Below, piece by piece: positions 49,644 to 59,366 of a stretch of 64,000 nucleotides of DNA. The position numbers and the translations under genes are program-made. Location of the stretch: assembly GCA_017479865.1 (NCBI GenBank), contig JAFVBS010000027.1, forward strand, positions 108 through 64,107, in the 5' to 3' direction. Origin of the DNA: Clostridia bacterium. GTDB lineage: Bacteria > Bacillota > Clostridia > TANB77 > CAG-508. Under the pieces are notes generated by a model, which had not been told where the DNA came from, made no database searches, and saw nothing but the letters and a program-made list of their open reading frames with translations. How positions within the stretch are numbered: position 1 is the stretch's first letter; the number at the start of each line of letters is the position of its first letter.

Positions 49644-50528
49644 ATGCAAAAAGGAATTATTACTTGCATTCATTCCAATCAATATGATATTAAAGTAAAT
49701 CAAGAAACTTATACTTGTGTCGCAAGGGGAAAATGGAAAAAAGAGCAAATTACACCTGTGGTGGGAGATAATGTAGCAATTACAATTACTAATGAGGTAA
49801 AAAAAGAGGGAGTCATGGAACAAATTGAGCCAAGAAGCAATTTCCTCAAAAGACCTAAAATTGCTAACCTAACACAAATGATTTTTGTGGTTTCTATGAA
49901 TATGCCAAAACCAGATTTACTATTATTGGACAAGCAATTAGCATTTGCTATGTTTAATCAAATTGAACCAATTATTTGCATTAATAAAGTTGATTTAGCA
50001 ACCTCAGAAGAAGTTTTAAAAATAGAAACAATTTATCAAAAAGCAGGTTATCTTGTTATTTGTACCAATGCAAAGCAAGGAGAAAGTATACAAGCTTTAA
50101 AAGAAGTATTACAAGGAAATGTTACCGCTTTTGCTGGCAATTCAGGAGTGGGAAAATCCACCTTGATTAATTGCATTTTTGAAAATACTATCACAGAAGA
50201 AGGAAACATTAGCAAGAAAAATCAAAAAGGAAAAAATACCACAACAGCTATCACGCTTTATGAAATTGCGCCAAACTCATATATTGCGGATACACCTGGC
50301 TTTTCCACTTTTTCCATAGAAGAAATTGAAAGTAGTGAGCTTGCAAATTATTTTCAAGAATTCAAACCATGGACTTGTAATTGTGAGTTTGTTGGATGTA
50401 GTCATCAAAAAGAAGAACATTGCGGGATAAAAGAGGCAGTAGAAAAGGGGAAAATTAGCCAAGAAAGATATGCTAACTATTGTAAAATTTATCAAGAGCT
50501 AAAAGAAAGGGAGGAACACCGATGGTAG
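49644..50528 (+). CDS. rsgA: ribosome small-subunit-dependent GTPase A
   Basis: Circularly permuted GTPase (NKVDL ... GNSGVGKST), with a C-terminal Zn knuckle C.C..C.H..E..C. Confidence 0.9.
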   Translation: MQKGIITCIHSNQYDIKVNQETYTCVARGKWKKEQITPVVGDNVAITITNEVKKEGVMEQIEPRSNFLKRPKIANLTQMIFVVSMNMPKPDLLLLDKQLAFAMFNQIEPIICINKVDLATSEEVLKIETIYQKAGYLVICTNAKQGESIQALKEVLQGNVTAFAGNSGVGKSTLINCIFENTITEEGNISKKNQKGKNTTTAITLYEIAPNSYIADTPGFSTFSIEEIESSELANYFQEFKPWTCNCEFVGCSHQKEEHCGIKEAVEKGKISQERYANYCKIYQELKEREEHRW

Positions 50529-51181
50529 AGGTAGCAGCATCAATTTTAAATATTTCAGCTACAAACACAATTCAAACTCTATATAACTTAGAAGCAGCCG
50601 GTATTCAATATTTTCACATTGATGTGATGGATGGAAAATTTGTCAAAGAGAACACAACAGAAAGAATGACGAAATATTGTGAATATTTAAACAGTGTTTC
50701 GAACTTACCATTAGATGTCCATCTAATGGTAGAAGATGTTGAAAGCTATATCACAAATTTTTTAGTATTTGAGCCAAACACAATTACTTTTCATATAGAA
50801 GTAGCAAAAAACAAAGAACAAATAATAGAGTGGATGGAGCAGGTCAAACAAAATCATACTAAAGTTGGAATTGCAATAAAGCCAAATACGGCAATAGAAA
50901 CAATTAAGGAATTATTGCCATACCTCCATCAGGTAACTATTATGACGGTAGAACCAGGGGCAGGGGGGCAAGCTATCATTGAAGAAACTATTCAAAAAAT
51001 ACAAAAGTTGGCACAGTATAGAGACCAAAGTGGATTAGATTTTGACATTGAAGCAGATGGAGGAATTAAACCAGAAAATGCTAAACAACTAAAAACAGCA
51101 GGAGCAGATATTCTTGTTTCAGGAACGGGAATTCTTCAATCTGAAAATTTTCAACAAGCAGTAAAAGAATTAAAAAAATAA
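50522..51181 (+). CDS. rpe: ribulose-phosphate 3-epimerase
   Basis: SILN...HIDVMDG, DVHLMV, MTVEPGAGGQ. Confidence 0.9.
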   Translation: MVEVAASILNISATNTIQTLYNLEAAGIQYFHIDVMDGKFVKENTTERMTKYCEYLNSVSNLPLDVHLMVEDVESYITNFLVFEPNTITFHIEVAKNKEQIIEWMEQVKQNHTKVGIAIKPNTAIETIKELLPYLHQVTIMTVEPGAGGQAIIEETIQKIQKLAQYRDQSGLDFDIEADGGIKPENAKQLKTAGADILVSGTGILQSENFQQAVKELKK

Positions 51182-51215
51182 AAATGTTGCTATTCATTCA
51201 ATAGCAACATTTTTT
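51182..51215. terminator. bidirectional rho-independent terminator
   Basis: aaaatgttgctatt pairs with aatagcaacatttt (perfect 14 bp), with T/A runs on both sides. Confidence 0.8.
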
Positions 51216-51230
51216 ATCATTATAAAACTT

Positions 51231-52367
51231 TTATTGTGCCTCTTCTATTTCCTTTTTTGAAAAGAATGCAAATACAAATACTCCCATACCAAACACAAAG
51301 GTAAAGAATAAAATGAATCCACCTACATATGGTATTTGCTGTAATAACCAAATTACACTTGCAGAAAGGAAAGAGAATAAAATGAATTTTCCTTTTGATG
51401 GTTTTTTCAATTTCAAAGTAATTGCTTTACCAATTGACATACTTAAAATAGCAAGAGTAATAGAAAGTACTAATGCATAAACTATCAATACAGCAAAACC
51501 AATCAATGTGAAAATTCCTGTTATCATTAAAATGAATGCAAGTATTGGAACGAAAAATAATGCTAATATTCCAATTCCGGCAGTAGAAAAAGGATGCTTC
51601 TTTGTTACATAGCAAGCCTTATTAATAAACTTAGGTGCAAAGAATGTTGCTAAAACAATAACAACAGTCATATAAAGAATAACTATAGCAAATTTCATCA
51701 CATAAGAACCAATTTTTTGAGCAATAGTTGGCTCTATCACTTTAGTAGCAGAAAAATACACTTCTCCTGTAACTGCTTTCTCTGGAAAACTTATTTCTTG
51801 ATTACTAGTATAATGTAAATTACCACCAATTAAGTTCTCAGCATTTTCTGGCATTGAAATCTTGTTAGCAGTAATGTAAGCATCTCTATGAATAAAACCA
51901 TTTAAAGTAGCTTCATTACAAGCAAGTTTTAAATCTCTTTCAAGATAAGCACTTTCAGCTAGTGTAAAATTAGATGCATACGCATAAGTATCATAGGTGC
52001 TACCAGCCATAGTGATGTTAGCTGCAAAAGCGAATAAGCTGTGATAAATTACAGCAGGCTCTTCAATGTTTAATGTTTTAGCCATAATAAATGCATTACC
52101 ATTGATTTCGCCTTTAAGAGTAACCTTATTTGCAAAGATAAAAGCATTACCATCAATTGGTTGTTCAACCACAACTTCATCTCCACTTAAATAAAGGTCA
52201 CTATTCATAATGCTAAGAGTAGGGTTGCTTTCTTGCTCTTTTGGTGTTTCAGCCGTAATAGAGTTATTATCTTCTGTAATAGATAGGGTGTTAGTTGCCA
52301 TACAAATGCTAGAAAAAAGCAATAAGCAAGCAAAACATAAAAATGTAATTTTTTTGAAATTTTTCAT
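51231..52367 (-). CDS. exported bactofilin-like (polymer-forming beta-helix repeat) domain fused to a polytopic membrane domain
   Basis: Signal peptide MKNFKKITFLCFACLLLFSSICMA. Repeats GNAFIFANKVTLKGEINGNAFIMAKTLNI.... C-terminal ~4-5 TM helices. RBS aaggagg before ATG 52367. Confidence 0.6.
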   Translation of the reverse strand: MKNFKKITFLCFACLLLFSSICMATNTLSITEDNNSITAETPKEQESNPTLSIMNSDLYLSGDEVVVEQPIDGNAFIFANKVTLKGEINGNAFIMAKTLNIEEPAVIYHSLFAFAANITMAGSTYDTYAYASNFTLAESAYLERDLKLACNEATLNGFIHRDAYITANKISMPENAENLIGGNLHYTSNQEISFPEKAVTGEVYFSATKVIEPTIAQKIGSYVMKFAIVILYMTVVIVLATFFAPKFINKACYVTKKHPFSTAGIGILALFFVPILAFILMITGIFTLIGFAVLIVYALVLSITLAILSMSIGKAITLKLKKPSKGKFILFSFLSASVIWLLQQIPYVGGFILFFTFVFGMGVFVFAFFSKKEIEEAQ

Positions 52368-52554
52368 AAAAATCCTCCTTTTTTTTCTAAGTTCTAGAAA
52401 AGAGCGTTTATGCACTTGACGTAGAAATTAGTGATGCAACAGCTACAAATTATGAAAGCTATGCTTTTGAAATTTGTTAGGCTGTTTTTATATACTCCTA
52501 TCTTACAATAACTAGCGGAAAAAGTCAATACAATGAGAAAAAACTAAAAAATGC

Positions 52555-52583
52555 TTGACAAATGAACAAAAATAGTGTAAAGT
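52555..52583 (+). promoter_or_regulatory. sigma-A-type promoter upstream of ylxM-ffh
   Basis: TTGACA (52555-52560), 17 nt spacer, TAAAGT (52578-52583). Confidence 0.5.
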
Positions 52584-52629
52584 ATATTAGCATTACATTA
52601 ATAACAAAATACAAAACGAAAAAAAGGAA

Positions 52630-52986
52630 GTGACGTTCTTGGAAGAAAAGGTCAAAATCAGCATGTTATTTCAAATCTACGAAAAAATGCTCACACAAAA
52701 TCAACGTGAATTGATTAATGATTATTACAACAATGATTTATCACTTTCTGAAATTGCCGAAAATCATCAAATTACAAGACAGGCAGTGAGAGATAATATC
52801 AAGAAGGGAGAGAAAAAACTTTTCGAATTAGAAGAAAAGCTTATGTTTATGGACACAATGGTAAAACAAGAAAAAAAGCTTCAACAAATTTTAGAAGAAT
52901 TAAGCAAAATTGAAAATGTTTCTTCAGATAAAAAGGTTGAAAAAATTCTAAATCATGTCAGAGAAGAACTCAGTTGTTTAGCGTAA
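52630..52986 (+). CDS. ylxM: YlxM/UPF0122 HTH protein (signal-recognition-particle operon)
   Basis: LTQNQRELINDYYNNDLSLSEIAENHQITRQAVRDNIKKG. Start is GTG 52630 or TTG 52639. Confidence 0.8.
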   Translation: MTFLEEKVKISMLFQIYEKMLTQNQRELINDYYNNDLSLSEIAENHQITRQAVRDNIKKGEKKLFELEEKLMFMDTMVKQEKKLQQILEELSKIENVSSDKKVEKILNHVREELSCLA

Positions 52987-53003
52987 GATAAAGGAGGAAA
53001 GCC

Positions 53004-54356
53004 ATGGCTTTTGAGGGATTAAGTTCAAAACTTCAAGAAATTACAAAAAAATTAAGAGGTAAAGCTAGAATTACAGAGAGCGATTTAAAAGAAATGCTCC
53101 GCGAAGTAAAACTAGCCCTATTAGAAGCTGACGTCAATTATATGATTGTCAAAGAATTTATTAACCAAGTACAAGAAAAAGCCTTAGGACAAAATGTTTT
53201 AAAATCACTCACACCAGGACAACAGGTTATTAAAATTGTAAAAGATGAATTAGTGGAGCTTTTAGGGGGAACAGAAAGCAAAATTAACTTTACACCAAAT
53301 CCTCCAACGGTTATTATGTTAGTGGGACTACAAGGCTCAGGAAAAACAACGACTGCAGGAAAGCTTGCCAATCTTCTTCGCAAACAAGGGAAAAAGCCAT
53401 TACTAGTTGCCTGTGATGTTTACAGACCAGCTGCAATCAAACAATTACAGGTAGTAGGAGCGCAGCTTAATATTCCTGTATTTGCTAATGAAGGGTCCAA
53501 AGATGTTGTTCATATTGCCAAACAAGCAATGTCAACAGCAATGAGCAAATTAAATGATGTAGTCATTTTAGATACAGCAGGTCGCCTGCACATTGATGAA
53601 GAATTAATGGAAGAACTTAAAAATGTCAAGGCTAATGTCAAACCACATGAAATTTTATTAGTTGTAGACAGTATGACAGGTCAAGATGCAGTCAATGTTG
53701 CAAAAGCCTTCAATGAGGCGCTTGGCATTGATGGAGTGGTTCTTACCAAATTAGATGGTGACACCCGTGGTGGTGCTGCCTTATCAGTAAAAAAAGTAAC
53801 AGGTAGACCAATTAAATTTGCGGCAACGGGAGAAAAACTAAGTGATATTGAGGTATTTCACCCAGACAGAATGGCTGGAAGAATTCTTGGTATGGGAGAT
53901 GTGTTATCCATCATTGAAAAAGCGGAAGAAAGCTTTGATATGGAGGAAGCTGAAAAGCTAGAAAAGCAGCTTAAGAAAAAAGAACTGGATTTAGATGATT
54001 ATTTGGCACAATTAAGGCAAGTAAAAAAAATGGGTTCATTTTCTTCTTTATTAAAGATGATACCAGGAATGAATCAATTAAAAGATGTGAAGATAGATGA
54101 CAAAGAATTTGTGAGAATTGAGGCAATGATTTGCTCCATGACAAAAGAGGAGCGAAAAAATCCACGTATTCTCAATGGCAATAGAAGAATGCGTATTGCC
54201 AAAGGAAGTGGAACTACGGTACAAGAAATTAATAAATTCATGAAGTCCTTTGAAATGACACAAAAAATGATGAAGCAAATGCAAAATAATAAGGGCGGCA
54301 TGAGAAAGTTCATGAAAGGCATCAATCCAGATGATTTAAAGAACTTTAAAATTTAA
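53004..54356 (+). CDS. ffh: signal recognition particle protein Ffh
   Basis: 450 aa. NG domain (GLQGSGKTTT, DTAGR, TKLDGD) and a Met-rich M domain. Confidence 0.97.
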   Translation: MAFEGLSSKLQEITKKLRGKARITESDLKEMLREVKLALLEADVNYMIVKEFINQVQEKALGQNVLKSLTPGQQVIKIVKDELVELLGGTESKINFTPNPPTVIMLVGLQGSGKTTTAGKLANLLRKQGKKPLLVACDVYRPAAIKQLQVVGAQLNIPVFANEGSKDVVHIAKQAMSTAMSKLNDVVILDTAGRLHIDEELMEELKNVKANVKPHEILLVVDSMTGQDAVNVAKAFNEALGIDGVVLTKLDGDTRGGAALSVKKVTGRPIKFAATGEKLSDIEVFHPDRMAGRILGMGDVLSIIEKAEESFDMEEAEKLEKQLKKKELDLDDYLAQLRQVKKMGSFSSLLKMIPGMNQLKDVKIDDKEFVRIEAMICSMTKEERKNPRILNGNRRMRIAKGSGTTVQEINKFMKSFEMTQKMMKQMQNNKGGMRKFMKGINPDDLKNFKI

Positions 54357-54437
54357 AGAATATTTGAAACACAATCAATTAGTTTTTACTTTTTTAAATT
54401 TATATAAATTAATTCAAAGTTTCAGGAGGTGAAAATT

Positions 54438-54674
54438 ATGGTAAAAATCAGATTGCAAAGACAAGGTGCTAAAAAAGCTCCATTCTATCATATCGTTGTA
54501 GCAGATTCAAGAAGCCCAAGAGATGGAAAAATCATCGAAAAAATTGGAACTTATGATCCAATGACAGAACCTTCTACAATCGTAATCGATAGTGCAAAAT
54601 ATGAACAATGGATGAAAAATGGTGCAAAACCAACAGATTCTGTGAAAAACTTAGTAGAAAGAGCATCAAAGTAA
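54438..54674 (+). CDS. rpsP: 30S ribosomal protein S16
   Basis: [33 protein letters not shown] aggagg. Confidence 0.95.
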   Translation: MVKIRLQRQGAKKAPFYHIVVADSRSPRDGKIIEKIGTYDPMTEPSTIVIDSAKYEQWMKNGAKPTDSVKNLVERASK

Positions 54675-54700
54675 TTTGAAATGGAAGGAACAACAAGATA

Positions 54701-54931
54701 ATGAAAGAAATTTTAGAAAGTATGATTACAAACTTGGTAGATAATACACAAGCTGTTTCCATTACTGAAAAGCAAGAAGAAAAGACAGTTACTTATACAG
54801 TCAAAGTAGCACAAGAAGATATGGGAAAAGTTATTGGAAAACAAGGAAGAATTGCAAAAGCAATCCGTACCGTAATGAAATCTTTAGGTGCCAAAGAACA
54901 TAAAAGAATTGTTGTTGAATTCATTGACTAG
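54701..54931 (+). CDS. KH-domain RNA-binding protein (YlqC family)
   Basis: 76 aa. GKVIGKQGRIAKAIRTV motif. Confidence 0.85.
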   Translation: MKEILESMITNLVDNTQAVSITEKQEEKTVTYTVKVAQEDMGKVIGKQGRIAKAIRTVMKSLGAKEHKRIVVEFID

Positions 54932-54942
54932 AGGTTAAAAAA

Positions 54943-55452
54943 ATGAAACAAAAATATTTTGAAATTGGTCAAATTGTGAATCACTTTGGAATTAAAGGCT
55001 TTGTGAAAGTCAACCCTTATACTGATGACCTTGAACAATTTGAAACTCTAAAAACCATTTTAATTGAAAAAAATAAAAAAGTGTTAGAGGTTGAAATTGA
55101 GGAGGTAAAATACAGCAAAAATCAAGTTTTGCTCAAACTAAAAGGTGTAGAGAATATTGATGAAGCCGAAAAATACAGAGGCGCTATCATTAAAATTCCA
55201 AGAGAAAGAGCAAGAAAACTTCCAGAAGGAACTTACTTTATTGCTGATTTACTTGGAATGAAAGTTTATACTGATGACCAAAAATTGCTTGGAACATTAG
55301 ATGACATATATAATGCAGGAGCAAGCGATATTTATGTTGTTAAAGATGAGCTTGGCAAACAAATATTGTTACCAGCTATTCAAGATGTAATCAAAGAAAT
55401 TGATATGGACCATGATAGGATTATTGTTCACTTAATAGAAGGTCTACTTTGA
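54943..55452 (+). CDS. rimM: 16S rRNA processing protein RimM
   Basis: 169 aa. GIKGFVKV and PRC-barrel C-terminus. Confidence 0.9.
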   Translation: MKQKYFEIGQIVNHFGIKGFVKVNPYTDDLEQFETLKTILIEKNKKVLEVEIEEVKYSKNQVLLKLKGVENIDEAEKYRGAIIKIPRERARKLPEGTYFIADLLGMKVYTDDQKLLGTLDDIYNAGASDIYVVKDELGKQILLPAIQDVIKEIDMDHDRIIVHLIEGLL

Positions 55453-55482
55453 AAAACAATTGTAGCACAATCCTTTTTCAAA
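55448..55482. repeat. AT-rich inverted repeat TTTGAAAAA/TTTTTCAAA (copy 3 of 3) overlapping the rimM stop
   Basis: 9-bp stem (55448-55456 with 55474-55482) plus inner attgt/acaat hairpin. Confidence 0.55.
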
Positions 55483-55515
55483 TAGGCATAAAACGTAAGA
55501 AAGGTCTGACAGATT

Positions 55516-56187
55516 ATGAGATTTGACATTCTTACTCTCTTTCCAGAAATGTTTGAGCCAATCAAACAAAGTATTATTGGAAGAGCAGAAAAGAAAAATT
55601 TGCTAGAAATTAATTTAATTAATATTCGTGATTTTTCCAAGAACAAGCATAAAAAAGTAGATGATACACCTTATGGAGGAGGAGCTGGAATGGTAATGAT
55701 GCCAGATGTGGTATATGATGCCTATCACTCCATTTTGAATGGAAAACAAGCATCAGTCATTTATTTATCTCCTCAAGGAAAAACTCTTACCCAAGCAAAA
55801 GTTAAAGAACTTGCAAAGAAAGACCATCTCATTCTATTATGTGGACATTACGAGGGAATTGACCAAAGAGTACTAGATGAAATTGTGACAGAAGAAATTT
55901 CAATTGGTGATTATGTATTAACAGGAGGAGAATTACCTGCTATGGTACTCATTGATAGTGTCAGCCGTTATGTGGAAGGCGTTTTAACAGAAGAGTCTAC
56001 CAAAGAAGAATCTTTTGCAGAAGGAATGCTAGAGTATCCACAATACACAAGACCAGAAGTATTCCATGGAAACCGTGTGCCAGAAGTACTACTTTCTGGA
56101 CATCATGAAAATATCAAAAAGTGGAGACAAGAAATGTCTCGAAAAATTACAAAACAAAAAAGACCAGATTTATTAAATAAAAATTAA
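55516..56187 (+). CDS. trmD: tRNA (guanine37-N1)-methyltransferase
   Basis: MRFDILTLFPEMF, YGGGAGM, CGHYEGIDQR, GGELPAM. Confidence 0.95.
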   Translation: MRFDILTLFPEMFEPIKQSIIGRAEKKNLLEINLINIRDFSKNKHKKVDDTPYGGGAGMVMMPDVVYDAYHSILNGKQASVIYLSPQGKTLTQAKVKELAKKDHLILLCGHYEGIDQRVLDEIVTEEISIGDYVLTGGELPAMVLIDSVSRYVEGVLTEESTKEESFAEGMLEYPQYTRPEVFHGNRVPEVLLSGHHENIKKWRQEMSRKITKQKRPDLLNKN

Positions 56188-56208
56188 GAAAGGAGGATAT
56201 TCAAAGGT

Positions 56209-56745
56209 ATGGATATCATAAAATCAATCGAACACGAACAACTGAAAAATAAAATTCCTGACCTTAAAGTTGGTGATACTGTTAGAGTACACCAAAGAAT
56301 TAAAGAAGGTAACAGAGAGAGAATTCAAGTATTTGAAGGTATTATTATAAAAAAACAAAACGGAGGAGTCAATAGTACATTTACCGTAAGAAAAATTTCT
56401 TATGGAGTAGGGGTTGAAAAAACATTTTTAGTACATTCTCCACTAGTAGAAAAAGTAGAGGTAGTAAGAGTAGGTAAAGCAAGAAGAGCAAAACTATATT
56501 ACCTAAGAGACAGAATTGGTAAAGCTGCTAAGACAAAAGAAAATGTAACCGCTAGAATTGAAAACAAAGAAATTACAATCAAAGAAGACTTAGTAGAAGA
56601 ACCAGTTGTAGAAGAAGTAGTAGAAACAGTAGAAGAAACTGTCGTTGAAGCTCCAACAGAAGCTCCAGCAGTTGAAACAGAAACACCAGCTGTTGAAGAA
56701 GTAAAAGATGAACCAACAGCTGAAGAAGAAAAGAAAGAAGACTAA
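56209..56745 (+). CDS. rplS: 50S ribosomal protein L19 with a ~60-aa acidic C-terminal extension
   Basis: The core [26 protein letters not shown]...RRAKLYYLR is canonical. The extra tail is [15 protein letters not shown]...AEEEKKED. Confidence 0.9.
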   Translation: MDIIKSIEHEQLKNKIPDLKVGDTVRVHQRIKEGNRERIQVFEGIIIKKQNGGVNSTFTVRKISYGVGVEKTFLVHSPLVEKVEVVRVGKARRAKLYYLRDRIGKAAKTKENVTARIENKEITIKEDLVEEPVVEEVVETVEETVVEAPTEAPAVETETPAVEEVKDEPTAEEEKKED

Positions 56746-56816
56746 TATTTTAAGGTATTTTAAGGGACACCTTCCAAAAGCAGGAAGAACGGTATGAAAT
56801 AAAACAAAAATTGTAG

Positions 56817-56858
56817 GCTAGCAATGCTATTAATTTGTAGCATTGCTAGCTTTATTTT
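56817..56858 (+). terminator. rho-independent terminator after rplS
   Basis: gctagcaatgcta pairs with tagcattgctagc (perfect 13 bp), followed by tttatttta. Confidence 0.8.
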
Positions 56859-56867
56859 AATAAAATC

Positions 56868-56896
56868 TTGACTCCCCACTTACAAATTGATATACT
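56868..56896 (+). promoter_or_regulatory. sigma-A-type promoter upstream of transketolase
   Basis: TTGACT (56868-56873), 17 nt spacer, TATACT (56891-56896). Confidence 0.6.
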
Positions 56897-56927
56897 GGAA
56901 ATGTTCTAAATAAGGAGGAATGGAAAA

Positions 56928-57758
56928 ATGAAAATTACAAAAGTAGAAGCTATTCAAACCATAGCTAATGAAATAAGAAGAGATATTATAGAAGAGGTTT
57001 ATAGCGCACAATCAGGCCATCCAGGAGGTTCTCTTTCATGTAGCGATATTTTAGCGGTTTTATACTTTAACCAAATGAATATAGACCCTAAAAATCCAAA
57101 TGCCCCTGCAAGAGACAGATTTGTGCTTTCCAAAGGACATTGCGCACCAGCATTGTATGCTGCTTTAGCAAGAAAAGGATATTTTGATCAAGAATTATTA
57201 ACTTCCTTCAGAAAATTAGGAAGCAATTTACAAGGACATCCTGACATGAAAAAGGTGCCAGGGGTAGATATGTCAACAGGTTCGTTAGGACAAGGAGTTT
57301 CGGCAGCGGTTGGAATGGCAATTGCCTCTAAAATGGACCATGAAGGACTTCGAGTGTATTGCTTAATGGGAGATGGTGAAATACAAGAAGGACAAGTTTG
57401 GGAGGCTGCCATGGCAGCTAGTAAAAATAAGTTAGATAACTTATGCATAATTGTGGATTACAACGATTTGCAAATCGATGGAACCATTGAAAAAGTTGGT
57501 GGCTTAGTCGACATCAAAGAAAAGTTCCAAAGCTTTGGCTTTCATGTCATTGAAGTAGATGGACATAATATAGAGCAATTGATTCATGCTTTTGACAGTG
57601 CAAAGCATCAAAAAGAAATGCCAAGTGTCATCATTGCAAAAACTATCAAAGGAAAAGGAGTTTCATTTATGGAGGGAAAAGTAGAATGGCATGGAAAAGC
57701 ACCAACACAAGCAGAGTATGAACAAGCAATGAAAGAACTAAAGAATGAGGAGGAATAA
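56928..57758 (+). CDS. transketolase, N-terminal (TPP pyrophosphate-binding) subunit
   Basis: 276 aa. SGHPGGSLS, GHCAPALYA, GDGEIQEG. Confidence 0.93.
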   Translation: MKITKVEAIQTIANEIRRDIIEEVYSAQSGHPGGSLSCSDILAVLYFNQMNIDPKNPNAPARDRFVLSKGHCAPALYAALARKGYFDQELLTSFRKLGSNLQGHPDMKKVPGVDMSTGSLGQGVSAAVGMAIASKMDHEGLRVYCLMGDGEIQEGQVWEAAMAASKNKLDNLCIIVDYNDLQIDGTIEKVGGLVDIKEKFQSFGFHVIEVDGHNIEQLIHAFDSAKHQKEMPSVIIAKTIKGKGVSFMEGKVEWHGKAPTQAEYEQAMKELKNEEE

Positions 57759-57762
57759 AGAG

Positions 57763-58692
57763 ATGAACATAGAAAAAAAGATTGCTACGCGTCAGAGCTT
57801 TGGAGAAGCTTTAGTAGAATTAGGAAAAGAAAATACACAAGTTGTAGTACTAACTGCAGACTTAGCAGGTGCTACAAAAACAAATTTATTTGCCAAAGAA
57901 TTTCCAAATCGCTTTATCAATGTGGGAATTGCTGAGCAAAATATGATGGGAATTGCCGCAGGTTTAGCTTCTTGTGGGAAAATACCATTTGCAAGTACCT
58001 TTGCTATGTTTGCTGCAGGAAGGGCCTATGAACAAATTCGCAACAGCATAGCCTATCCAAATTTAAATGTTAAAATTTGTGCTACTCATGCAGGAATTAC
58101 CGTGGGGGAAGATGGAGCAACTCACCAAATGCTAGAAGATTTAAGCTTAATGAGAACAATTCCTAATATGACGGTGATGTGCACCTCTGATGATACACAA
58201 ACTAAATGGGCAATCAAAGAAATGGCAAAATATAATGGACCAGTTTATTTAAGGTTAGCAAGGGTTGCAACCCCTGTCATTTATGATGAAAATCAATCTT
58301 TTTCAATAGGAAAAATGATTCAAATAGGAGAAGGAACAGATGCCACTCTTTTTGCTACAGGAGTAATGGTTCCTGAGGCACTTAAAGCACAAGAAGTACT
58401 CAAACAAGAAGGTATTGACGTGAGAGTGGTGGACGTACATACTATTAAACCAATTGACAAAGAAATGATATTAAAATGTGCCAAAGAAACAAAAAAGCTC
58501 ATTTCTATAGAAGACCATAATATTATTGGCGGATTAGGCTCTGCTATTAGTGAAGTATTAACTGAAAATATTCCTTGTCAATTAATAAGAATGGGAATAC
58601 AAGACAGCTTTGGTAGGTCTGGCAAAGCAGAGGATTTGCTTAAATACTATCAAATTGATTGTCAAGCCATTTGCAAAGCTGTCAGGCAGTAA
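57763..58692 (+). CDS. transketolase, C-terminal (pyrimidine-binding) subunit
   Basis: FINVGIAEQNM, EDGATHQ. ATG 57763. Confidence 0.93.
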   Translation: MNIEKKIATRQSFGEALVELGKENTQVVVLTADLAGATKTNLFAKEFPNRFINVGIAEQNMMGIAAGLASCGKIPFASTFAMFAAGRAYEQIRNSIAYPNLNVKICATHAGITVGEDGATHQMLEDLSLMRTIPNMTVMCTSDDTQTKWAIKEMAKYNGPVYLRLARVATPVIYDENQSFSIGKMIQIGEGTDATLFATGVMVPEALKAQEVLKQEGIDVRVVDVHTIKPIDKEMILKCAKETKKLISIEDHNIIGGLGSAISEVLTENIPCQLIRMGIQDSFGRSGKAEDLLKYYQIDCQAICKAVRQ

Positions 58693-58761
58693 AAAATAAC
58701 AATACAGGCATGAAATGAAAAAATGCCCCATTATAAAAGCCATGCTAGCATCTAGGAAAAG

Positions 58762-58790
58762 TTGACATAAGGAAAAATAAAGAGTATAAT
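58762..58790 (+). promoter_or_regulatory. consensus sigma-A promoter
   Basis: TTGACA (58762-58767), 17 nt spacer, TATAAT (58785-58790). Confidence 0.6.
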
Positions 58791-58839
58791 AAAAGTATCA
58801 TCAGTCAAAATAGACTGAAATAAAAAAAGGAGATACAAA

Positions 58840-59346
58840 ATGAATACGAAGAGACGGGCAGTAGAGGTGCTGGAAATGTTCAAAGCGGATGGGTACACTT
58901 TAGATGACTTGATTGAACTTATGCGGCAGTTGGAAAATCTACCTGTCGCAAAAGGGTCTGCCAAGAAAAAAATGAGTGATGCTGAAGCTGATGATATGGC
59001 TCTCAAGAAAAGAGTTACTGGGCTGTTGCAAAAACTTGGCTTTCTAGTGAATCACAAGGGATACCAATACGTGAGGGCTGCTCTTATTAAGGGATACAAG
59101 GATCCTTCTTTGCTTGAGCACATCACGAAGGGGCTCTACCCGGAACTCGCAAAGGAATTCAACACAACTCCTATTAGAGTGGAGAGAAACATGAGACTTG
59201 CTATTGAAGCTGCATGGAACCGTAGCCAATTTGAAATATTGCATCCCTATTTTGGCCACACATACAACTTCGACAGGAATAAGCCGACCAACAGTGAGTT
59301 TATTGCAAAGATTGTAGACAAATTTCTGACGGAAGACGGCAAGTAA
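58840..59346 (+). CDS. stand-alone Spo0A C-terminal (DNA-binding) domain protein without receiver domain
   Basis: Residues ~70-165 (HKGYQYVRAAL...LLEHITKGLYPELAKEFNTTPIRVERNMRLAIEAAWNR...KPTNSEFIAKIVDKF) match the Spo0A effector domain signature. The N-terminal ~60 aa are unrelated to CheY-like receivers. RBS aaaggag. Confidence 0.8.
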   Translation: MNTKRRAVEVLEMFKADGYTLDDLIELMRQLENLPVAKGSAKKKMSDAEADDMALKKRVTGLLQKLGFLVNHKGYQYVRAALIKGYKDPSLLEHITKGLYPELAKEFNTTPIRVERNMRLAIEAAWNRSQFEILHPYFGHTYNFDRNKPTNSEFIAKIVDKFLTEDGK

Positions 59347-59366
59347 CATTTTGCAAATCTCAAACA

